From Octopus sinensis (lineage: Eukaryota): a stretch of DNA of 45,753 nt. This document shows positions 35,600 through 45,753 of the stretch, piece after piece. Both the position numbers and the translations under genes were made by a program. The stretch lies in contig NW_021832591.1 of assembly GCF_006345805.1 (NCBI RefSeq), positions 1 through 45,753 of the forward strand, written 5' to 3'. The number at the start of each line of letters is the position of its first letter. The first letter of the stretch is position 1. The notes below the pieces were generated by a model. It saw only the letters and a program-made list of their open reading frames with translations, did not search any database and was not told the DNA's origin.

Positions 35600-37140
35600 C
35601 AGAACACTTCGTGGATAGGTCTCGCTTATGATTTTCAAGTTGCCGCTGATGCAAATGGACTCTAAGAAAAGCTCTACCATCTTATGAAGCAAGTTAATGG
35701 GTCTAAGTGTTCGGCATCAGCTCTTTTGATTTCTAAGGAGGCTTCTACCCTACTTACTAAATCAACAGAAATCACAGGTCGCTGAGTTGAAGCTTTTTGT
35801 GAACTTTTAAACCATGGAGCAGCTGTAGGTGATACAATAATTGACGCTTTTCAACGAAGATCTGCAATCAGTTTCTTGAATTCTGCACCATCAATAGACG
35901 AAATAATAACAGCAATATGTAAGTTGAATCTTTGTAAAGTATCTAGCAAAGATGGAATTTGCTCTGACGTCTTGTGCTTTGGCGGTGGTTGTATCACACA
36001 AAATCTGTACGAGATTATTAATGCAATCAGGTGGAATGGTGCTGTGCCCAAGGATTTGAAGAATGCAATTATCCCTCCTCTCTATAAAAGATAGGGAGTT
36101 TGAATAAAGTGTGGCGGGTATAGAAGTATTGCTTGCAAGGTTCTGGTAAGTATTCTTTTTACCTACCCGAATAAATGCTTTGTAATTGACGTCCTATCTC
36201 AAACTCAATATGGCTTTCGTTTTTGGTAAATAAACAATGGATATGATTTTTGCAGCAAGACAGACGCAGAACTGTTGTTAGTAGAATATGGATCTTGTTC
36301 AGATTTTTATGATTTCAGTCGATACCTTCAACACTGTGAGCAGGTCTTCCCCGTGGAGTGTATTCGGCAAACTTTGATTTCGGGTCACTTTGTATCGATA
36401 ACCAAATCATTTCATGATGGAATATGAGTGACGGTCAATGTCGACGACAACATGGCGAGACCCACTCTTGTAGAGAGAATGGTGTAGCGCGAGGTGACGT
36501 TGTTGCCCCGACTCTCTTATCTTTGCATTTTGCTGTTAGTCTTACATATGCTTTTGTTTTAGGTTACTCTTAAAGAATATATATGAGGTACCCATCTTCT
36601 AGTCGTCTCTTCAAGTTGCGCCGAATTGCTGTCATTTCAGAAGTCTTCAGTCTCTTATTCGTGACCTCGACGCAGATGATTGCCACTTAGTTGCTCACGC
36701 AGTTGAAGATATACCAATTCTCATGGATCTGCAGCTTGCAAAGCATTTGGATTCAGCATTAGCCTAGACAAGTTTGTTGTAATGTTCCAGTCTGTGCCAG
36801 GAACAGTACCGAAAGTGGTAAACAAATTTGTCTCCCTGGGTAGCAAACTTATCCGCTTTTACTCCCTGGATGATGAAATATCTTTAAGACTTTTGAAGCT
36901 TTTGAGTCACATGACTGGCCCCAGTAAAGTATCACAAGGCGAACAAAAGTTTTTGTGTACCGTGCATGCGTGCAAATGTTGCTCCTTTATTCATGTGAGA
37001 CACGGACCCGTTACAGGTGGCTCCTTGAACGTTTCCATAATTTGTGATGATCTCAGGCTCGGTTGTTGCTTATCCTAATCCAGCCCGCTTCAAGCAGATT
37101 CATAATCAAAAGCATTCCAGCTCTGACCGTCTTATCTCTA
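35600..37140 (+). mobile_element. Highly decayed RTE-clade LINE (RT region)
   Basis: PSIDEIITAICKL...KDGI, VPKDLKNAIIPPLYK, QYGFR, MDMIFAARQ, NGVARGDVVAPTL, DADDCHL and TKVFVYRACV...YSCET. Many stops and frameshifts. Confidence 0.85.
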
Positions 37141-38001
37141 TTCTCTCTTTTTATCAGTGAGTACTAGAACCATTCATCTAACGCTTTTTTAAAAATCAGT
37201 GTGGCGCGAATTAAGGCAATTTTAGCTGCAATTTTAACAGGTCGTGTGACACTGTGGATGCCATCATCGTTGTTCACCATCTCGAATGGAAGTCATCAGG
37301 CAATTTTGTTGGATGAAACAATGCTTCTGTGCAAACAATTTCAACCACGAAAAATTTTTATATCTTCCCTTTCATTGCTTTTCACCATAGAAAATGTAAT
37401 CCGAACATTTTAAAGAATATGCATTTTGGCTAAAGTGTTTTAACAACATGACATCCGGAGTATTTTTTAAAATATATTCTTTAGTAATAAGAGAAGTAAC
37501 TTTTCAGACTGCCCTTTATCGTGGGCGAGGATAATGTGGTTAGGTTAATGGGTTTGAGAGGAAACAACGCCGGTGAAAGAGTTCTTTTGGTTAGTAACAA
37601 CATCTATGCAAGTCATTTCGTTACATATGTGAGACCTTTCAATCTATCGGTGTTTTTTTTCTGTATGTCAGCTCTTCGTTTTAATCGATTATTCTCTTTC
37701 TTTCGCCCCATTTCGCTTTTTCATATTCTGGTTTTTCTTCTCTATCGTTCTGTCCATCTGACCGTCCGTCCGTCCACGCAAACAATAGTGTGTGTGTGTG
37801 TGTGTTTATCAGTGCGTGTCAGTTGGAAAAAAGGTTGCTAGTTAATTCCTTGGTCTCAGTCTGCTGTTGCGTCATACAAGCGGTTGCCTGTAGCAACTTA
37901 ATTTATTGAAACGTTTTAAGTGGTCGGAGTTGTGAGCTAATAATAACTGACTTGAACTGATTCAAATGTCTCGAAATAGCTTCTTGCTTGATATACACAC
38001 G

Positions 38002-38002
<1 letters not shown>

Positions 38003-38049
<47 letters not shown>

Positions 38050-38703
38050 ACACGCACGCACACACACACACACACAAACACACACACGCACGCACGCACA
38101 CACACAAACACACACCGCACGCACGCACACACACACACACACACAAACACACACACGCACGCACGCACACACACACAAACACACACAAACACACACGCAC
38201 GCACACACACACACAAACACACACACGCACGCACGCACACACACACACAAACACACACACGCACGCACACACACACAAACACACACACGCACGCACGCAC
38301 ACATACGTACACACGCACGCACACACACATAACACACATACACACACACGCACACTCATACACACACGCCTGCACGCCCGCACACATACACACACACGCA
38401 CACACGCACACACACATACACACACGCATGCACGCACGCACGCATACATACACACACACGCACACACGCACACATGCACACAGACACGCACACACACACA
38501 TACACACACGCACACACGCACACACGCAAAGACGCACACACACATACACGCACACCCAAGCACACACACACATATGCACAGACACGCACAATGCACACAT
38601 GCAAACATACACTCACACACGCACACATGCACACACACATAAGCACACATGCACACGTGCACACACACACGTGCACACACACACGTGCACACATACACAC
38701 ACA
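38003..38703. repeat. 700-bp compound (CA)/(GCAC)/(CAAA) tract
   Basis: Directly visible; explains the poly-CV and poly-HT ORFs. Confidence 0.95.
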
Positions 38704-38874
38704 AACTCATGAAAAATTTTCGGCGACTTTGTTAGCCTTGTTGCGCTCCATGTTTATGATAATGATGATGATGACTATGACGATGATGATGATAACGATG
38801 ATGGTGGTTATGTTGATGATGACGATGATGATGATTAGAGTAATAGCAACCATAACACCAACAACAGTAGTATA

Positions 38875-39050
38875 GTTTTAGCTTTTATCTTTGACTTGCA
38901 TCAGTCATTGGGTTGCGCCCATGCTGGGGCATGCCTTGAACTTTTTACTCGAACACATTGATCCCTGTATTTATTTTTTAAAGTTTGGTACTTATTCTAT
39001 CGGTCAATTTTGACGAACTGTTAAGGTAAACAAACCAACGTCGGTCGTCG
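38875..39050 (-). mobile_element. Old diverged SINE family 1-like fragment
   Basis: CAGTCATTGGGTTGCGCCCATGCTGGGGCA...TACTTATTCTATCGGTC...AAACCAAC. Confidence 0.65.
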
Positions 39051-39094
39051 GACTGTAGAGACGCACGGACGCACCCCACCCCACCCAGCACACA

Positions 39095-39266
39095 CGATAG
39101 ATTTCCACTTGATCTGTTTTGGATTGCCAGTCACGAAGCCAAACATCCCTGAATATTTCATCCGAATCCATTCAGCGGTTCTTGAGATAACTTGTTCACG
39201 GATAAACAAACAAACAAACAAACACGACTGAAAACAATACTTCCAACTTCACTAAGGCGGATTTAA
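39095..39266 (+). mobile_element. Helentron/DINE-1-like non-autonomous element 3' fragment
   Basis: TTTCATCCGAATCCATTCAGCGGTTCTTGAGATA, (CAAA)n, then ATACTTCC..CTTCACTAAGGCGGA (decayed terminal hairpin). The layout resembles HINE/DINE-1-like elements; assigned from recalled similarity only. Confidence 0.5.
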
Positions 39267-39420
39267 ATAAAACGCAAAACGTTACAGACAACACATTTGA
39301 CAGCAAGAACAATTAGAACAATAAATGTGGTCAAACTAAAGAGTAGAGAAAACTAAGCAAAACTTCATCGCTTGCAAGTGTACTTTGAAACAAAATCAAA
39401 ACCTCTGCTACAAAATGTTT

Positions 39421-39603
39421 TACTCTGTTACTTGTTTCAATAATTTGACTGCGACCATGCTGGAGCAATGCCTTAAAGGGTTTTAGTCAAACAAATCGAC
39501 CTCAGGACTTATTCTTTGTAAGCCCAATGCTTATTCTATCGGTGTCTTTTGCCGAATAAGCAATGGCGTGGGGGTGGGGGCAAACAGACAGATGCACATA
39601 AAT

Positions 39604-39636
<33 letters not shown>

Positions 39637-39765
39637 GACGACAGACTTCTTTCGGTTTCCGTCTACCAAATCCACTCACAAGGCTTTGGTTGGCCCGAAG
39701 CTATAGCAGAAGACACTTGCCCAAGATGCCACGCAGTGGGACTGAACCCGGAGCCATGTGGTTAA
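39421..39765 (-). mobile_element. SINE family 1, head truncated
   Basis: Matches 2519-2880. Confidence 0.9.
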
Positions 39766-39774
39766 CAAGCTTCG

Positions 39775-40140
39775 TATTTCTTTATTGTCCACAAGGGGCT
39801 AAGCATAGAGGGGACAAACAAGGACAGACAACCGGATTAAGTCGATTACATCGACCCCAGTAATTTATCGACTCCGAAAGGATGAAAGGCAAAGTCGACC
39901 TCAGCAGAATTTGAACTCAGGACGTTAAGACAGACGAAATACCTATTTCTTTACAACCCACAAGGGGCTAAACACAGAGGGGACAAACAAGGACAGACAA
40001 ACGGATTAAGTCGACTACATCGACCCCAGTGCGTAACTGGTACTTAATATATCGACTCCGAAAGGATGAAAGGCAAAGTCGACTTCATCGGAATTTACTC
40101 AGAACGTAAAGACGGACGAAATACTGCTAACCATTTCGCC
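39775..40140 (-). mobile_element. SINE family 2 dimer (two tail-B units)
   Basis: Two central domains and a partial head. Confidence 0.85.
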
Positions 40141-40216
40141 AGAGGAAAGCACAATCCCAAATTCTATGAGTCACACCTGCACATATATTAGTCCTTTAAT
40201 ATTCAGAAGAGCTTTA

Positions 40217-41154
40217 GGGCGGCCAGCTGGCAGAAACGTTAGCACGCCGGGCGAAATGCATTGCCGTATATCGTATGTCTGTTACTGAAAATTTATTGTT
40301 ACCTTCTGAGTTCAAATTCCGCCGAGGTCGACTTTGTCTTTCATGCTTTCGGGGTCGATTAAATAAGTACCAGTTACGCACTGGGGTCGATATAATCGAC
40401 TTAATCCGTTTGTCTACTCTGTGTTTAGCTCCTTGTGGGTAGTCAAGAAATAGGTATTTCGTCTGCCGCTACGTTCTAAGTTCAAATTCCGCCGAGGTTG
40501 ACTTTGCCTTTCATCCTTTCGGGGTCGATTAAATAAGTACCAGTTACGCACTGGGGTCGACATAATCGACTTAATCCATTTGTCCGTCCTTGTTTGTCTT
40601 CTCTGTGTTTAGCCCCTTGTGGATAGTAAAGAAATAGGTATTTCGTCTGCTGCTACGTTCTGAGTTCAAATTCCGCCGAGGTTGACTTTGCCTTTCATTC
40701 TTTCGGGGTCGATAAATTAAGCACCTGTTACGCACTGGGGTCGATATAATCGACTTGATCTGTTTGTCTGTCCTCGTTTGTCCTCTGTGGATAGTAAAGA
40801 AATAGGTATTTCGTCTGCCGCTACGTTCTGAGTTCAAATTCCGCCGAGGTCGACTTTGTCCTTCATCCTTTCGGAGTGGATTAAATAAGTACCAGTTACG
40901 CACCGGGGTCGATATAATCGACTTAATCCGTTTGTCTGTCCTTGTTTGTCCTCTGTGTTTAGCCCCTTGTGGGTAGTAAAATAATAGGTATTTCGTTTGT
41001 CTTTACGTTATGAGTTCAAATTCCGCCGAGGTCGACTTTGCCTTTCATTCTTTCGGGGTCGATAAATTAAGCACCAGTTGTGTAATGGGGTCGATCTAAT
41101 CGACTGGCCCCCTTCCCCACCATTTCGGCCCTTGTGCCTAGAATAGAAAAAAAT
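40217..41154 (+). mobile_element. SINE family 2 pentamer: one head, four tail-B units and one tail-A unit
   Basis: B boxes at about 40308, 40478, 40662, 40830 and 41012 (period 168-184 bp). Confidence 0.9.
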
Positions 41155-42300
41155 GTAAGCTTATTCGAAACCATGTAATATTGTTTATGCAAACCTATAT
41201 ATGTACAGACGTAAGTATTTTCGAAATGCTGATATATAATCGGTAATAAGTGTGTGGGAGAAATTAAATAACGTACCATGGAACTTATTCAAAATGAGAG
41301 TGCGAATTCAATCTTGCTCAAAGACGTACGTACAGTCTCACGCATGGTGTACACATATATCTCTGTTGATATACACACATACAGACACATACACACATGT
41401 TATGCATATATATATATATATATATTGTGTGTGTGTGTGTATATGGGTGCGCGCACGCGTGTGTGTATGTATGTAAATGTATAACATTAATATAAGTATA
41501 TAAGTGTCTCTCTTTCTCTCTCTCTTTCTAGCATCTATATGCATACGCATCTATACACACACGCACACTCATGCACACACCCACATATATACATACACCT
41601 ATGCACATATATATTTCTGTGTAGTGTGCTTGCTCGTACGTACAATGTTTTATATCCGATATCTTAAATAACTATCTCAGCTATTTATCCTTATTATCTA
41701 GTTTCAATATTCTTTATTTTAATATTGTATAATATGCTATCGTTATTTTCTCTTGCTATTTTCGCACTGTGAAGAAGTAACATTTGTTCTGAAGCAATTT
41801 CCCTCTAGACCACTTGAGGCGTTTTGTGTAACTTAAGAAAATCATTATCTTATTTATAGCGGCTCTCAGTTTTTTACTAGTTTTTTTTTTTCAATCCTTA
41901 TACATTATCTTTATATACCAACATTTCGTTTTGTTTAAATTATAAACAAGCCACAGATACATACACACACGTGCGCATACAACAATAAATTAAGAAGTAG
42001 CGTACGCTTGTTTTCACAAACGTGAAAACAAAAAATACCCGAAAGAAAGATTAGAATATACATATTTTATTTGAAACTGAATCATCAAATATTATCAGGC
42101 AAATACCTGACCTCAGGTTTTATTACTTTAATCGATTCGCTAAAAAAAACCACCACTGCACATTCAAAATTGTGTAATCTTCTGTGACTTTTTTTTAATT
42201 GCAAGGAGCAGGCAACCAGTAATGAACATGTTGCATATAGTGGCGACACTTTCTACTGGGGTTTAGCTTAAATATGTTCAATAATCCGGTATCTGCTCCT

Positions 42301-42525
42301 ACTCTTTTACTTGTCTCAGTCATTTGACTGCGGCCATGCTGGAGCACCGCCTTTAGTCGAGCAAATTGACCCCAGGACTTATTCTTTGGAAGCTTAGTAC
42401 TTATTCTCTCCGCCTCTTTTGCCGAACCGCTAAGTTACGAGGACGTAAACACACCAGCATCGTTTGTCAAGCGATGTTGGCGGGTACAAACACAGACACA
42501 CAAACATATACACACACGTACGTAC

Positions 42526-42593
<68 letters not shown>

Positions 42594-42715
42594 CACAACG
42601 GGCTTCTTTCAATTTCCGTCTACCAAATCCAGTCACAAGGCTTTGGTCGGCCCGAAGCTATAGTAGAAGACACTTGCCCAAGGTGCCACGCAGTGGGACT
42701 GAACCCGGAACCATG
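42301..42715 (-). mobile_element. SINE family 1, truncated at the B box
   Basis: Matches 2519-2872. Confidence 0.9.
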
Positions 42716-42749
42716 AAAGCCGTACAGAGATAAGTAGCTGCGGACTGGA

Positions 42750-43790
42750 TAAGGACATTAATGTGATGAGGATGATAACGATAAAAATGAATAAAAATGG
42801 GAGGGGCACCGGCGCACGCCGACCGATGGCCCCTCGAAAACACTGTTCAATTTAAAATTCAAGAAAAATTAATATACAGTAATTAGGTACAAGTATAAAA
42901 ATTTCAAAAACAAAAATTCGTTTTTCAATCATCCTCCTTGTAAGGGCCCCCAAGTAAGTTTCCTGCCGCCTGCAGGAAAGCCTGCATTGACAGGCCCGGA
43001 CGGACGGACACAAAATCTTCATTATTGCAGGTCCTCCTGACCTCAATTAGTCCTTCTTGGGTGACGGCCTCCGTAGCCACCTGCGGAGGTCAACATGAAC
43101 TGTCTATACAGACCGAGTCGTAGCGTTCTCGGTCTAGAAGACTATCCAAATACATCTCAACAAGCCCTCCCTTGAGGTAGAAAATGAAAAGTTCCACCTC
43201 TTTCTCACGGGGAGGGGCCTCAACCTTCTCTGTCAGTGGCACAATCCCCACTGACAGAGCTTCTCGCTCCGGTGGCACACTTCCCAACGAAGGAGCCTCG
43301 GGTTCGGTCGGAGGCACAACGACATCCGCCAACCGTTTTCCGTTTCTCTTCCCTCTCCTTTTTCTTTTTGCGGTTGTGGAAGTCGGGGCCTCCATCGGCA
43401 CACCTGGAAGGTCCTCCTCCTCTCCCGCAACCTGCAGTTCAGCTGGTAAGCAACCACCGTTGCTCACCTTTCGCTTTCTTTTCGTTGAAGCCGACGCCTC
43501 AGCGACGTCCTCCGTTTCTCCCTACAATGGGAGCACGGAGAGCACCTACATCTTTTCCTGCTCCGGGACCTTACCACGGCCCCGAGGGCAGTCCTTCTTA
43601 ATGTGTCCTGACTCCAGGCACGAGTGACACTTGGTGGGGCCACCCTCAAGTATGACTGAATACCTTGAGCCAGCCATTCTTAAGAAGTCCGGAAAGGTCA
43701 TTTCACCTGCCCGGTGAGTGTGAATGCCTCGTCAAAAATTGGTGGAGAAGAAAACAGGTATGGAAACGTATAGCTCTTATGGTCAGGCCT
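42750..43790 (-). mobile_element. Decayed gag-like ORF1 fragment with CCHC zinc knuckle (Tx1/L1-like ORF1)
   Basis: Minus strand: FPDFLRMAGSRYSVILEGGPTK-CHSCLESGHIKKDC-P, with CX2CX4HX4C at 43629-43588 (not listed in the ORF track). In-frame stops follow, then a GC-rich low-complexity coding-like stretch to about 42930. Confidence 0.7.
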
Positions 43791-44049
43791 TAAATTTTCA
43801 TTTGCATTTTTTATGATAAGCGCACTGGTCTTAGGAACAAAGCAAACTGATTCGATTTCTCCAAATGCAATCGATTAGGGAAGAGTGAAATTCTATAAAA
43901 CATCCCAGGGAGTCTCCATTTCAAGCCTTTGAATTCTACGCAAGCACACACAATCAAATGTACATACAGAATACGCACACACAGATAACACGCGCACAGA
44001 AACACACAGACGCACACACACATATAAACAGCAATAAAGTACAAAAGCA

Positions 44050-44352
<303 letters not shown>

Positions 44353-44366
44353 CCATCACAGATTTC

Positions 44367-44700
44367 GCATGGCTCAATGTTAGAGCATCGAGTTTACGAT
44401 CGTGAGGTTGTGAGTTCGATTCTCGGACAGGGCTCTGTGTTGTATTCTCGAGCAAGACACTTTATTTCACGTTGCTCCAGTTCACTCAGCTGTAGAAATG
44501 AGTTGAGACGTCACAAGTGCCAAGCTGTATCGGCCCCTTTGCCTTTCCCTTGGATAATAACATCGGTGGCGTGTACAAGTGAGACCGATATGTATGGGCG
44601 ACTGCTGGTCTTCTATAAACAACCTTGCCCGGACTTGTGCCTAGGAGGGTAACTTTCTAGGTGCAATCCCATGGTCAGTCATGACCGAAGGGGAGGTCTC
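44367..44700 (+). mobile_element. tRNA-derived SINE family 4 (CORE-like centre)
   Basis: A box TGGCTCAATGTTAG, B box GAGTTCGATTCTC, then GAGCAAGACACTTTATTTCAC...CACTCAGCTG...AAATGAGT. Single copy in the window. Confidence 0.75.
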
Positions 44701-44874
44701 AGCATATCCACAACATGAATGCAAGTTTATTCACATACATATGCAGACACACATATATAAACACACCAACTAATTTAGATATCCACAAACCCGTAAGAGT
44801 CGTCTTAACTAAAGCAAGAACTTGTTGCCTTGTCAGTGACCGGCTTGAATATGAAAAAGAAAATGTATACATAC

Positions 44875-45300
44875 GGATCTTTTCGATTTGAACGGCAGTT
44901 TTTCTAGCGGTGTCATTTGAAATTGTCACCCATAATTATGACCCTAGTATCGATCTATTGCATTTCAATCTATTTTAGGGTTAGGGTTAGTTAGGGTTAG
45001 GGTTAGGTGTGGGGGGGGGAGGGTATCTTTTTCTCTTCACAAATGTAAATTAAACCAATCTGTTTCTTAAACGAGAGACATATTGATACGGCAAAGATGT
45101 TGTTTACTCAATGGACGTATTTGATTGGTTGAAATTGCAGAAATTGAAGGAAAAAAACAACAAAATATCTACAAACTATAGAATTTTCTCAATTAAAGTC
45201 AAGAGAAAAAAGATGGTTTAAACAATTCTACCAGTATACGAAGTTTAAAATTTTTAGTACTAGAAATTATGTAAAAACTGCCGTTCAACCGAAAAGATCC
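44875..45300. mobile_element. 426-bp MITE with internal TTAGGG repeats
   Basis: TIRs GGATCTTTTCG(A/G)TT(T)GAACGGCAGTTTTT at 44875-44903 and 45273-45300. TTAGGG tract at 44975-45007. Confidence 0.8.
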
Positions 45301-45644
45301 TAAATACATGTTACATAGAAACATACATGTGTGTGTGCGTGCGTGTTTGCGCATGTGTATATACGCATATGCACTTACATATGTGTACGTTAAGTTTTGT
45401 TATCGCAAACACTTATACACGAATTAAAAACATAAGCCACTCAAGAAAATTGCTCGCAGACCACCATCCTCATCGTATAAATATTTGTAGTTCTCTTTTT
45501 GCTTATACTTACAATATTAAACATGTTAACACTAATATGACAAGAATGTTTACACGAATGTTTAAATATTTATGCATATAAATGATACGATAAGCAATAT
45601 TACAGTGCGTTAACATTGTGTATATGATATTGCATTGACCTATG

Positions 45645-45740
45645 ATCTGATATATATAGATATATATATATGATTATATATATATATATATATATATATC
45701 TATATATATATATATATAGATAATATATATATATATGAAT
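45645..45740. repeat. Interrupted (TA)n tract
   Basis: Directly visible. Confidence 0.9.
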
Positions 45741-45753
45741 ATACATTATACGC

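Noticed and set aside
42801-42848. Hairpin followed by GAAA-ACACTGTT-C resembling a hammerhead 3' half
   Set aside because: No CUGANGA upstream and no stem I. Kept only as a hairpin.
44975-45007. True telomere
   Set aside because: Only about five units, internal to a TIR element.

Overview
AT-rich, microsatellite-dense eukaryotic DNA, most likely intronic or intergenic. The SINE families and TTAGGG repeats suggest an octopus or other coleoid cephalopod (inference). I recognise no intact host gene. Most of the ORF track is either microsatellite translation (poly-YI, HT, CV) or pieces of decayed transposons. The window holds about 25 tRNA-derived SINE copies from at least four families, plus decayed LINEs: three R4/Dong-like pieces, two other restriction-like-endonuclease (RLE) pieces, two RTE pieces, one CR1-like element and one CCHC gag-like ORF1. 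It also holds a mariner relic, two MITEs and a Helentron/DINE-like fragment. The most notable unexplained signal is a set of type-I hammerhead ribozyme folds from about five unrelated short non-coding repeat families (316-350 and its copy at 9257-9291, 3261-3388, 10152-10280, 26201-26286, 31191-31278, plus half or decayed copies). Most have palindromic stem III, several have greatly extended stem II, and they often lie in fold-back elements within microsatellites, with no Penelope ORF nearby. Second-tier signals are a SINE that appears to build head-[unit]n arrays by inserting into itself, a CR1 LINE whose 3' end matches the tail of the commonest SINE, and two candidate plus-strand microexons. 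All folds and alignments were done by eye and none was tested computationally.
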